This document shows positions 20,248 through 29,339 of a stretch of DNA of 36,578 nt, one piece after another (position 1 is the first letter of the stretch; each line of letters begins with the position of its first letter). A program made the position numbers and the translations under genes. Source of the DNA: a virus (lineage: Duplodnaviria; Caudoviricetes); the IMG/VR virus record IMGVR_UViG_3300020187_000092, positions 1 through 36,578 of that record; one strand, written 5' to 3'. A model generated the notes under the pieces. That model made no database searches. It worked only from the letters and a program-made list of their open reading frames with translations, and was not told the origin of the DNA.

Positions 20248-20330
20248 CACAAAATTGTTTTGAGGAGTACGGTTATTAGGAACCGTAATAAGAATTAATA
20301 TAAATGAAACGCCATATAAGAGGATGGCGT
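20248..20330 (-). promoter_or_regulatory. Multi-hairpin 5' leader of the scaffold/MCP transcript
   Basis: Inverted repeats acgccat/atggcgt (20309-20330), tacggtt/aaccgta (20268-20287) and caaaa/ttttg (20250-20262). Confidence 0.5.
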
Positions 20331-20359
20331 ATTACAGCAATACATATATAAGAGGACAT

Positions 20360-20387
20360 AAAAAACGCCCTCCTTTCGGAGAGCGTT
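20360..20387 (-). terminator. Intrinsic terminator after the protease gene
   Basis: Minus strand AACGCTCTCC-GAAA-GGAGGGCGTT then a T-tract; GNRA loop, and a G-U pair that works only on this strand. Confidence 0.85.
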
Positions 20388-20415
20388 CTTCGGGTAGCGC
20401 CTCAATACAGAGGTA

Positions 20416-21021
20416 TTAGTCTAAATAACATGTGCATGTATTAGCACATAATATTTCGTTAATCAAGCTGTTTAGATCTTTATATGGGTCTATGTGGACT
20501 TCTTTTCCCTCTTTAATCACAGACATATAAGAACCTGGGTTTGATGGGGTTGATACAAAATCCCAACATAATAGTTCGAAATCATCTTGTACCTCTAATA
20601 CACCATCTCTATCTTCTAAAGAACCCATACCACGAGATGAAACACCTACTGTGATATTGCTTTCGATTAGTGCTTTTAGAATATTACCTGATGGGGTAGG
20701 TAGAATCTCTATTTTACCCATTACTTTATCTCCGTCCCACCACATATCTTTAATATTATGTGAAACGTTTTTGAGATTGATTACTGATGATTCTGGGTGG
20801 TCTAACTCACCTAATGCTCTGTTTTCATCTACAGATAACATATACTTATCAATTTCTCTATCCCAAAGTTCTTTAGGATAATAACGACCATTACCGTTTT
20901 TAACTTCAGCAGTCGCTAGTATACCCTCAACCATAGGGTTACCTCTATCAGACATTTTACCTTCTGATAGCATTAAACCCTTAGGTTTAAATAATTGAGT
21001 TTCTACTAGTACTTTTCTCAT
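20416..21021 (-). CDS. gp21: Prohead protease, T4 gp21 family
   Basis: NGNGRYYP, LGELDHP, VSH, GVSSRGMGS and DFVSTPS motifs. Confidence 0.96.
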   Translation of the reverse strand: MRKVLVETQLFKPKGLMLSEGKMSDRGNPMVEGILATAEVKNGNGRYYPKELWDREIDKYMLSVDENRALGELDHPESSVINLKNVSHNIKDMWWDGDKVMGKIEILPTPSGNILKALIESNITVGVSSRGMGSLEDRDGVLEVQDDFELLCWDFVSTPSNPGSYMSVIKEGKEVHIDPYKDLNSLINEILCANTCTCYLD

Positions 21022-22082
21022 TAGTCTTCGTATTGTTCAGATACTTCTGATTCGTCAACAATCTCTTGTTTAACGTATTTCATACCACACATTTTTTCAT
21101 ACACTTTTTCCATCTTGGCTCTACGTTTTTCTAGATCCTTGATTTCTTTTTGCATGGCTTTAATTTTCTTCTTATCTGCTAACTCTGCTAAGTCATCATC
21201 TTCGTTAACCATTTCTACTCTTTGTGTCTTAGAAGCAATTAGTTCTTCTAAAGCATCCATTTGAGCTTCCATAGTAACAGCTTTACCTTCTTTTTCGATT
21301 TCAGATAATTTAGATTCTATAGATTCTTTTTTAACTTTTTTCTTAGCTTTAGCTTTTTCGATTTTTTCACCTTTTTCAACTCCAGCTCCAAATGCATCTT
21401 CTTCACCTTTGTCTTTAGCGTCTACATCTTTTGAACCTTTATCGTCGCGTTGGAATTCAGAATATGCCTCTATTAAAGATTCAGATATCATATCAACTAG
21501 TGAGATGTTACTTTCCTTTAATTTTACTTCTTCCATTTCATCTGATTTAGATGCTTTTAAAGCAACTGCTTCATCTGTATAGCCAATATCTTTAACACCG
21601 AACGCAGCATTTTTTACGTAGTAACTTCTATCTTTAGCTAAGTTTTTAGCTACGATTTCTTTTAACTCATCTACGTCCTTGTCTGCATTCTTAGGATCTT
21701 TCATTTCCGCGTAGTATCCTCTAAGGAACTGCTCGCCGAATAAATTGTCAATATTCTTATCGTCTTTATAATCGAAAGAACTTTCTTGAGTTTCTTCAAC
21801 ATCTTTAGATACTTTTTTTTCTTCAACTTTTGCTTCTTCAGCTAAGAAATTAGCAAATGCTGTCTCATATGAAGTTTTGGTGGATTCAATCTTAGTGATT
21901 GGTTCAAATCCTACAAAGTTTTCTGTAATGATTTGTTTTTGTTTTAAAATAGTAGTCGCTTCTTCCTTAGTAGCATGGTTTGTAACATGTTCTGGGAATA
22001 GTCTACGGGCAGATTTTAAAAACACATCAGCGTTTCCTTTACCTTCCTTTAATAAATTGTATTGTTCTTGTAGTGTTTTCAT
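21021..22082 (-). CDS. Highly charged putative prohead core/internal protein
   Basis: 353 aa, E/K-rich, many (L/I)xE sites; TAATG-coupled to the protease gene. Confidence 0.7.
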   Translation of the reverse strand: MKTLQEQYNLLKEGKGNADVFLKSARRLFPEHVTNHATKEEATTILKQKQIITENFVGFEPITKIESTKTSYETAFANFLAEEAKVEEKKVSKDVEETQESSFDYKDDKNIDNLFGEQFLRGYYAEMKDPKNADKDVDELKEIVAKNLAKDRSYYVKNAAFGVKDIGYTDEAVALKASKSDEMEEVKLKESNISLVDMISESLIEAYSEFQRDDKGSKDVDAKDKGEEDAFGAGVEKGEKIEKAKAKKKVKKESIESKLSEIEKEGKAVTMEAQMDALEELIASKTQRVEMVNEDDDLAELADKKKIKAMQKEIKDLEKRRAKMEKVYEKMCGMKYVKQEIVDESEVSEQYED

Positions 22083-22093
22083 GATAATAAATA

Positions 22094-22435
22094 TTATGAA
22101 TTATTTGCTCCTGTTCCTCTTAGTCTAAGAGTAGTAGCTGTTATTGCGTTTGTTGGTACAAAAGTTAAGTTTCCACCACCTGGGGATACAACTACTCCTG
22201 TTTTATAATTACCCTGTACTAAAGAAGATAAACCACTTCCTAAAGTGTATACACCTTCACAGTTTTTAGGGGATGAAGAATCATAGGCACCATCACTATT
22301 AGGTACTGTCTCTAATACAAAATATGATGAACCTGATAAAGGATTATCAATAATGTAGGTAGTAGGATCACCAGCTGTTATGTTTGAAGGCTGTAATTCA
22401 ATACTTTGGGTTACTGATACATTATAGTTTGCCAT
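22094..22435 (-). CDS. Hypothetical beta-rich protein, possible capsid decoration protein
   Basis: 113 aa, S/T/G/N-rich, unlike its acidic neighbours; coupled start. Confidence 0.65.
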   Translation of the reverse strand: MANYNVSVTQSIELQPSNITAGDPTTYIIDNPLSGSSYFVLETVPNSDGAYDSSSPKNCEGVYTLGSGLSSLVQGNYKTGVVVSPGGGNLTFVPTNAITATTLRLRGTGANNS

Positions 22436-22683
22436 TACTCTTCTTCTTGGTTAAACATCTTAATCATATCCTCAATATAATCTTCAGCTAAATCTGTTGA
22501 ATATACTACTTCATATGAAGTTGGATTTTCTTTATAAAATTGTTCAGTTTCAACCCTAGCATCATCTACTAATGCTTTAAATTGAGCTAATTTATCCGAT
22601 ATAGTATCAAAAGCACGAAGGCGTTCCTGTTGGAACGCTTTATTGCTAGGATTGTCTTGTTCTTTTAATTTAAATCGGTACAT
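22435..22683 (-). CDS. Hypothetical protein (head module)
   Basis: 82 aa; TAATG coupling at both ends. Confidence 0.75.
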   Translation of the reverse strand: MYRFKLKEQDNPSNKAFQQERLRAFDTISDKLAQFKALVDDARVETEQFYKENPTSYEVVYSTDLAEDYIEDMIKMFNQEEE

Positions 22684-23117
22684 TATTTTTCAAACAATTG
22701 TTTTACTTCTATACCCTTAGCTTTTTTACGTAATTCCTTTTTATTAACAGGTTTGTAACCTAGTTTATAGTAGTAATTAACTGGTTTTTTACCAAAAGCA
22801 AATGGTGTATCATACGCACCAGCAGCACCAGAGGTAGATATTTCATCTACACCCTTTATCTTAGCATACTCATCTGGGTGGTTATTACGTAAGTAAGTTC
22901 TTAAACTATTTCTTAGTTTAGATACATCTTTATAATAGTCTTGAAAGAAGGGTTCGTCTTTAGATTTTAAAGCTACTTGTTTAGCATCATCTAATAACTC
23001 AGATACTTCTTTAAAAAGTTCACCATAGTTGGCCGTATATTCTACAGACCAAGTCATCTGCCCAGTTTCAGGGTCAGTACCTTTTAAATCAGTTCTAAAT
23101 CCTCCTTGATCAGCCAT
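22683..23117 (-). CDS. Hypothetical protein (head module)
   Basis: 144 aa, overlaps its neighbours, basic C-terminus. Confidence 0.75.
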   Translation of the reverse strand: MADQGGFRTDLKGTDPETGQMTWSVEYTANYGELFKEVSELLDDAKQVALKSKDEPFFQDYYKDVSKLRNSLRTYLRNNHPDEYAKIKGVDEISTSGAAGAYDTPFAFGKKPVNYYYKLGYKPVNKKELRKKAKGIEVKQLFEK

Positions 23118-23967
23118 TTACTTTTTTAATTTCTTCAATTAAAGAAACGTATTGCATTAAATTAATAATATCATCACTTTTTACAGGTGATTTTTTGTCT
23201 AACTCAACTAACAACGAGGTAACTTCAGTTAACTTGATTTGGGTTACTTGATTGGAAACAGATTTATTTAGTTCCGTTATTATAGACTTGAATTCGTTAA
23301 TCTTTGTATTGTAGAAATTCTTAAGTGTAGCTGTTGAGTCAACTGAGTTGATGAATTCTTTTAAGATTTCTTTTTGAGATGGAAGTAGTGACTCATACTT
23401 ACCATTAAATTTTTCTAGTAGTACCTTATAAGTAAGAATTCTGGTGTCTTTATCGTAAGTTTTAAATTCTTCAACTACACTCTGTTTGATTTGAGATTCG
23501 TTAACTTGTGAAGCACATAAGTGTTCTAATAGAGTAACTTTATTAGAGACAATTTGGGATGTGTTTGTTATCTCTTGTGTGTTTTCTGCTTCAACTAGTG
23601 TATAAAAAGCAGCATATGCTTTATAGTGAGGAATCTTATGAGAAAAGAACCCCTGTGTGTCGTATGATTCTTTAATTTCTTTAATTAAATTGTATCTTTC
23701 TCTTTTAAGAGTAGTTCTATTTAATTTTTTAGAAGATTCTAAAAGTGTTTGTAATAATAAACTAGCTCTAGACTCTATTAAGTGAGTATTCTTAGTAAGA
23801 GATTCATAAAGTTTTAATTCTTTATTTAGTTCTCCCTTGCTAAAATACTTTTTAATAATACCGAGTGCAGATGACTCAGTTGAATTAAGGGTATCAGCGG
23901 TTACTTGGCGAACAAGCAACTCAAAGAGGATACCAGTATTTTTAAATTTTGAATGTTTAATCTCCAT
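23110..23967 (-). CDS. Hypothetical helical protein downstream of the portal gene
   Basis: ATG 23967 (MEIKHSKFKNTGILFELL) preferred to the TTG at 23973; promoter-like motif upstream. Confidence 0.8.
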   Translation of the reverse strand: MEIKHSKFKNTGILFELLVRQVTADTLNSTESSALGIIKKYFSKGELNKELKLYESLTKNTHLIESRASLLLQTLLESSKKLNRTTLKRERYNLIKEIKESYDTQGFFSHKIPHYKAYAAFYTLVEAENTQEITNTSQIVSNKVTLLEHLCASQVNESQIKQSVVEEFKTYDKDTRILTYKVLLEKFNGKYESLLPSQKEILKEFINSVDSTATLKNFYNTKINEFKSIITELNKSVSNQVTQIKLTEVTSLLVELDKKSPVKSDDIINLMQYVSLIEEIKKVNG

Positions 23968-23983
23968 TCTCAAATTGTTTAAT

Positions 23984-23991
23984 TATAAATA
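23984..23991 (-). promoter_or_regulatory. Putative late promoter motif
   Basis: TATTTATA 16 nt before the ATG. Confidence 0.6.
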
Positions 23992-24003
23992 TATGAGGAT
24001 ATA

Positions 24004-25878
24004 TTACTCTTTAATCTTTGACTCATCAAGTAGTGACTCCTTGCGTTTATCCGCTGTATACACTAAATCCTTACTTAGAGATTCGATTAATTTTTTATTT
24101 TTTGCATATACCGTTTTAGCATTCTCTAAAGTTGGTTGGGTATTACGTGTTGGGTTGTTGTAATCATCCTTCATACCAGCAGCTCCCAGTCTATCTTTAC
24201 CGAAGTTATCAGCTTGAGTATTGCGGTTTGTAGCCTTTTCTTTTGGTCTACCTAAATCAGATTTTTCGTTATACCCATCAGGTACATTTCCTGGATCTGA
24301 TTCCATTCTACCTTGACCATATAGTGAAGCTAAATCGTGTGGTGTGCCGTATGATTTACCTGTCTCTAACGGATCATTACCCTCAGCCTCGATTTGTGCT
24401 CTTCTAAACTTACGTTTTTGGTCCTGGATGATTAGTTCTCTGTATTCATCATATTGATCTTCACTCAAGTGGAAGATATTATCATAAACCCAATCAGAAG
24501 GTAGTAAGTTATTCTCAGCGATAGAATTAGCTAGTGTAACTTTTTCAGTTAACAATGCTATTCTCTCTTGATCATAGATGATTGATGGGGTAGTTAGTGA
24601 TAAATCAAAGTTTACTAACTGTTCATCTGTAAATCCTTGAGAGTATAGATGAACTAAAGCGATTTTATATAGTTCAGATACTACGATACGTTGGATTCTT
24701 TCTACTGTACGAGCAAAACGAATATCTTGAGCAGCTAATGTAGCTTTACCATCTGTATTCTCATCGTAACCCATAAACGCTTTTGGCACTTTGAGAGCAG
24801 CAAATAGTTTATCTCTTAAATACTCAACATCGGTGATACCATCATATTGTAATCCTGGTGTTGTATCTATTTTAGTAGCGCTATCGTTACCTCTAACTGG
24901 TATGTAGAAGTCTTCAAGCATGTTTTGTACGTTATATTTTAAGTTGTACTCACCTGTTTTTTCATCCATGTGGGGAGTACGCTTCATTGTAGAAATTGTT
25001 TTCTGCATGAAGTTTTCTACTTCTTGTGGTGGGATACCACCTACATTCATATAGAAAATACGTTTTTCAGGAGCACGAACTATTCTATGAATCAACATCG
25101 CATCTTCCATCAATGTGTACTGTTTGAATAGTTTACGACCTGGTTCGATATAAGAACGTCCGTAAGGTAAGTAGTTTAGATCTGACAATAATCTAAAGTG
25201 TGCTACCTCATAGTTATCAAACGTTACTTGGTTTTGATTTTCTTGGTTTGGTGAGTAATAATAACCTGAACTACCACCAAAGTACCCTTCAGGGTTATAG
25301 TTAAATATTACTTTAGTTGGGTGTTCGGGATCAAAGTTTTCCTTACGCTCGATATGATAGGCAGAATAAGGGATTACGTTATAAACACCAAACTTTTCTG
25401 AAATCTCTAGTTTGAGGAAGAAATCACCATATTTACACATCTGACGAATCCAACTCCATAAGTTAAACTCAATATTTAATACATCGTAGAATAAGTTATA
25501 TAGGATTTTTTGAATATCATCATCCGAAGAACGGATAGATAATACTTCACCCATATCGTTTTTTAATGTAGATTCATCAGCTAGGATATCTAAAGCCGAA
25601 GCAACAATAGCATCTGTATCCATTGCATCGTAATCCGAATATAATTGAGTTCTTAAGTACTGGTAGTTAAGGTTAAAGTTAGCTCCGTGAAGTGAGGTAG
25701 AAGATGGGTTTTGGTAAATCCCCTTAAAGCGATTTACTAACGCATTTGTCTCGTACTCACCCGAGGTTTGTATACGGTCAGCGTCAATTATCTTTAATTG
25801 GTTACCCCCTTGATTTCTAATGACTACGTCAGTAGAAAATAGACGTTGTAGTCTTGTAAATAGTGATTTATCTGCCAT
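24004..25878 (-). CDS. gp20: Portal protein, T4 gp20 family
   Basis: EDAMLIHRIVRAPEKRIFYMNVG, MLEDFYIP, IDTTPG and KLFAALKVP motifs. Confidence 0.96.
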   Translation of the reverse strand: MADKSLFTRLQRLFSTDVVIRNQGGNQLKIIDADRIQTSGEYETNALVNRFKGIYQNPSSTSLHGANFNLNYQYLRTQLYSDYDAMDTDAIVASALDILADESTLKNDMGEVLSIRSSDDDIQKILYNLFYDVLNIEFNLWSWIRQMCKYGDFFLKLEISEKFGVYNVIPYSAYHIERKENFDPEHPTKVIFNYNPEGYFGGSSGYYYSPNQENQNQVTFDNYEVAHFRLLSDLNYLPYGRSYIEPGRKLFKQYTLMEDAMLIHRIVRAPEKRIFYMNVGGIPPQEVENFMQKTISTMKRTPHMDEKTGEYNLKYNVQNMLEDFYIPVRGNDSATKIDTTPGLQYDGITDVEYLRDKLFAALKVPKAFMGYDENTDGKATLAAQDIRFARTVERIQRIVVSELYKIALVHLYSQGFTDEQLVNFDLSLTTPSIIYDQERIALLTEKVTLANSIAENNLLPSDWVYDNIFHLSEDQYDEYRELIIQDQKRKFRRAQIEAEGNDPLETGKSYGTPHDLASLYGQGRMESDPGNVPDGYNEKSDLGRPKEKATNRNTQADNFGKDRLGAAGMKDDYNNPTRNTQPTLENAKTVYAKNKKLIESLSKDLVYTADKRKESLLDESKIKE

Positions 25879-25895
25879 GATATCTACTTATATCG

Positions 25896-25903
25896 TATAA
25901 ATA
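25896..25903 (-). promoter_or_regulatory. Putative late promoter motif
   Basis: TATTTATA 17 nt before the portal ATG. Confidence 0.6.
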
Positions 25904-25905
25904 TG

Positions 25906-27486
25906 TTAAAGAAGCCAACTAATATCCTCCTGCTTTCCACCACCAATATCTTGTTTATACGGGTTTTGGGCATTCGAACTATTAACGTTGTATACTCCTT
26001 GATAATTTGTTTTTATTGCTGTTATATTATTAAGTGCTGCCTTTGTTAAGTCAACTCCCTGCTGTCTAAACTTAAAAGCGGTATCACGCATAAACATAGC
26101 AATAGAGAATGACATAACCAAATCGTCATTGTACCCTTGCTGTGCTTCTGCTCTACCATTTCTCCAAATAAACACTTTCATTTCACTTACTAATCTCTTG
26201 GATTGTATTGTAACTCCTTTATCACTAATATATTCTTGGAACTTACCTATAGCCATAGGTCTTGTTCTTGAAGACATTGTAAATCCAGCAGTCATTTTAC
26301 TTGTATCCATATATTGGTCAAAATACGAATCAGCTGTTATATTTCCACTTTTAGGTGAGTAGTAGAGGTTAGGATAGTTACTATCAATCAATACTTGTAA
26401 AGTAGCCCAACCAATATTAGCGTTTTCTACTACCATTAAGGCATTATTATACTCTATTCCTATACGATAAAGTAACTGACCATACTCCTTAGTACCTATT
26501 TGACCTTTATATTCAGCTATCTGAACGTTATTTTCAACATCTATAATGTGGAACGCTGAGTAATCCTTACCATCACCACGAGCAACATCAGCTACAACCA
26601 TATATGATCTAGAATAATCAGCTGGTTCCCAAATCCATAAGTTTTGGTCTACACCTCTTCTCTCTAGTGGTTCTTTAACATAAGTGTTCTCGTAAAAGTC
26701 TATGTATTCAGGGTAAAAGACAATATCACCAGAGGTACTAAAATCACAATCACACTCCTGTGCTGCCATCCTAGGATCACCTAGTAGTTCATCTTGTCTA
26801 TCTCTCCAGGTTTGATCACGCTCAGGATGGACAAACCAAGGTAGTTTAATAGGTAAAAAGTCGTTTGTTCCTTCTTCTGCTCTAACCCACGTTTGGTGGA
26901 ACCAGTTACCAGTACCATAGGGAGTAGATAATGCTATACACCCACCACCAGTAGCTAGTGTTTGTTGGGCTGAAGCCCATATCTCACCAATCTGATCAAT
27001 GAAAGCTGCTTCATCAATCAACAGCAAGGAAACGGCTTCTGATCTACCAGCATCACTTGAGGCTGATGTTGCTTTGATTTGAGAACCATTTAATAATCGA
27101 AGGGTTAGTTTATTATCTTCAGCAGCATCTATTTTAAGCCAACTAGGAAGATTATGGTACATAAACTTTACCTTTGTAACCATGTTTTTAGCTGTATCCT
27201 GCTTTGTTGCAATACAAAGGATGTTTTTGTCTTTATGAAATAACATTAACCATAAAGAATACCCAGCTGCCAGAGTGGATATACCTAACTGTCTGGATTT
27301 TAGGATAACAGAATATGGGTTGTCTTGTACTAATCTAAGTACTTTTTCTTGAAATGGGTATAAGTGAAACTGAATACGTCCACGTTGTGGATGTTGGATA
27401 AAACAATACTTTTTCATAAAGTGAACCGGATCTTGGGCACACTTTAAATATTCTTGTCTTATTACTTTTTTTAAGTCTTGACTCAT
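25906..27486 (-). CDS. terL: Terminase large subunit, T4 gp17 family
   Basis: LYPFQ, KSRQLGIST (Walker A), LLLIDEAAF (Walker B), STPYG, ADVARG and DDLVMS motifs. Confidence 0.97.
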   Translation of the reverse strand: MSQDLKKVIRQEYLKCAQDPVHFMKKYCFIQHPQRGRIQFHLYPFQEKVLRLVQDNPYSVILKSRQLGISTLAAGYSLWLMLFHKDKNILCIATKQDTAKNMVTKVKFMYHNLPSWLKIDAAEDNKLTLRLLNGSQIKATSASSDAGRSEAVSLLLIDEAAFIDQIGEIWASAQQTLATGGGCIALSTPYGTGNWFHQTWVRAEEGTNDFLPIKLPWFVHPERDQTWRDRQDELLGDPRMAAQECDCDFSTSGDIVFYPEYIDFYENTYVKEPLERRGVDQNLWIWEPADYSRSYMVVADVARGDGKDYSAFHIIDVENNVQIAEYKGQIGTKEYGQLLYRIGIEYNNALMVVENANIGWATLQVLIDSNYPNLYYSPKSGNITADSYFDQYMDTSKMTAGFTMSSRTRPMAIGKFQEYISDKGVTIQSKRLVSEMKVFIWRNGRAEAQQGYNDDLVMSFSIAMFMRDTAFKFRQQGVDLTKAALNNITAIKTNYQGVYNVNSSNAQNPYKQDIGGGKQEDISWLL

Positions 27487-28085
27487 TTACCTATTTTCCA
27501 GTATAGGCGGCCTGATATTATTGGGAAGAAATCTTTATCTACCCCTAAACCAAAACCGTATACATTTCTTTTTTTATTAACGTACATTAACTCACCACTA
27601 ACATAGTTTATTGGTGATTCATTTTGTACAGGATTTATCATCCCTCCTACCGCAACGCCCCAAAATAACTCGCGTTTGTAGAGGTAAGTAGTATTAGTAA
27701 CTGTAGTTGTTGGGATGAGTAAGTTGGATTGAACATTTCTACCTGTAATTTGGTTTTGGGTAATAGTATCAATAACCATTACATAACCTAAACTATCAAA
27801 ATTAATGGTATCTATATAAGAATATTTTGAGAAATAATCGTTAATAACATTAATGGTATCAATAGATAGAGGGAGGGGAATAGTATCCCATCTATATTCA
27901 ATTTTGGTTTTCCATTTAGGGACGTATTTAGTTTCAGTTATTTTAACTGTATCCCATTTAGTTTCAACTTTAGTAATTACTTTAGGTTCAACCTTAGGGG
28001 TAGAAGAGCAACCCCTCTGTAATAATAGAAGGATTGCTAATACTACTATAAGTAGAGATTGTATATTTTTAAAGTAATTTTTCAA
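27483..28085 (-). CDS. Membrane-anchored or lipoprotein, spanin-like candidate
   Basis: Basic N-terminus, hydrophobic stretch, then RGC; extended T/V/D-rich linker; C-terminal amphipathic beta strands. Confidence 0.6.
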   Translation of the reverse strand: MKNYFKNIQSLLIVVLAILLLLQRGCSSTPKVEPKVITKVETKWDTVKITETKYVPKWKTKIEYRWDTIPLPLSIDTINVINDYFSKYSYIDTINFDSLGYVMVIDTITQNQITGRNVQSNLLIPTTTVTNTTYLYKRELFWGVAVGGMINPVQNESPINYVSGELMYVNKKRNVYGFGLGVDKDFFPIISGRLYWKIGK

Positions 28086-28434
28086 GTCTATTTTTTTCAG
28101 CTGTTAACTTTTTAAGCATATTTAAAGCGGCTTGCTTTGCTTGCTCACCTTCAGCACTTTTATACATTTCTAAATGTGTCTTCATATGTTTTTTAACTCG
28201 TTGAAGTTCACCAGCAATTTTAGAAATAGAATCTTTACCACTAGCTGCTTTAGATGCTGCTTTATCAGCTTCATCTTCGTCATCAATATCTTCAGAAAGT
28301 TCTTTAGATAATTCAACTGTTTTTTCTAATTCTTTATTTAGGTCTTTTTGAGCTTCTACCTCTTCAGGTGATGCTTCAGAAAGCAATTCTACGATTGTTT
28401 CTTTAATATATTCTGCTAATTCTGAACGTCTCAT
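28069..28434 (-). CDS. Putative internal head protein
   Basis: 121 aa; leader MRRSELAEYIKETIVELLSE; charged and helical. Confidence 0.65.
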   Translation of the reverse strand: MRRSELAEYIKETIVELLSEASPEEVEAQKDLNKELEKTVELSKELSEDIDDEDEADKAASKAASGKDSISKIAGELQRVKKHMKTHLEMYKSAEGEQAKQAALNMLKKLTAEKNRLEKLL

Positions 28435-28450
28435 TATATGTATGTTTTAT

Positions 28451-28458
28451 TATAAATA
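28451..28458 (-). promoter_or_regulatory. Putative late promoter motif
   Basis: TATTTATA 16 nt before the ATG, heading the run of genes that includes terL. Confidence 0.6.
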
Positions 28459-28989
28459 TTACAGAGAAAGCGCTTCTAACATTTGTTCAATGCGTTTTTC
28501 AGTACTACCCTCAAGTACACCGTAGTTTTTAATGCGGTGTTTTTGTTGGCTTAAAATATGACGAATAATAACATCAATCTCATCTCTATATTCTGCATTG
28601 GTTTCTCTAATGCCATTATCTTCAATTTCTACTCCTTCTGGGGAAACGTAGAAAATATAATCATATTCTCTAATCAAACGAATAGCATAAGCATAAAATG
28701 CTTCTTTATCAGTCCAATCCATTGATTTAGAGGCTTGAGCAAAAGACATTACATCAATAATAGTTCTATCTGTAATGATATTATCTATTAATAGTTCACT
28801 TGCTCGTTCAGCCATAAAAACTGTTTGACCTAAGAACGTAGAATCAGTATTCAATGGGATACCCATTGCCATTAACTCCTTAGAACGTTCTGTTCTAGTT
28901 ATATAATCCTTAAATTCAGGTAATTCTTTTAAAGCATTAACAAGTGTTGTTTTACCCACACTCATTGTACCACATAATCCTATTTTCAT
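28459..28989 (-). CDS. P-loop nucleotide kinase/ATPase (NadR-like AAA_28 type)
   Basis: GTMSVGKTT, ITDRTIID, YDYIFY and IEDNGIRE motifs. Confidence 0.8.
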   Translation of the reverse strand: MKIGLCGTMSVGKTTLVNALKELPEFKDYITRTERSKELMAMGIPLNTDSTFLGQTVFMAERASELLIDNIITDRTIIDVMSFAQASKSMDWTDKEAFYAYAIRLIREYDYIFYVSPEGVEIEDNGIRETNAEYRDEIDVIIRHILSQQKHRIKNYGVLEGSTEKRIEQMLEALSL

Positions 28990-28990
28990 A

Positions 28991-29272
28991 TTAGTTTCTA
29001 TAATCTGAAAGTAATGCTTTCATTGATTGGTTTTTATACCAAGGTAAACCTTCACGTTCTTGCATGATAATACTATAAGTTTCCTCATCATATTGGATAC
29101 CGTTTAGGTAATATGATTTTACCATCTCACTATCACTACTATGTGGTTCGATTGCTGGTCCATCCCATCTGTGGAATTTCCAATTTTCGTCACCTACATA
29201 TCTTGCTAAATGAATTTGAGCACCTCTGGAGTTAATTTCCTTGTACTCATACAACTTTTTCTTCTTAGCCAT
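28991..29272 (-). CDS. Hypothetical protein with an HRWDGPA motif
   Basis: 93 aa; HRxDGPA...YYLNG is a beta-hairpin repeat unit common in phage proteins. Confidence 0.75.
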   Translation of the reverse strand: MAKKKKLYEYKEINSRGAQIHLARYVGDENWKFHRWDGPAIEPHSSDSEMVKSYYLNGIQYDEETYSIIMQEREGLPWYKNQSMKALLSDYRN

Positions 29273-29307
29273 AACTTATTATTTATTATTTATTATTAAC
29301 CTTCCGT

Positions 29308-29339
29308 AAGTATACGAAAGAAAGGTTGGGTATCCTAGT
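29308..29339 (-). promoter_or_regulatory. Host-type (Bacteroidota sigma-A-like) promoter
   Basis: Minus strand CTAG-gatacccaacctttctttcg(20 nt)-TATACTTA; closely parallels 30708-30739. Confidence 0.55.

Noticed and set aside
24004-27486. Introns or inteins in portal or terminase
   Set aside because: Continuous ORFs of ordinary length with no evident splicing or homing motifs.
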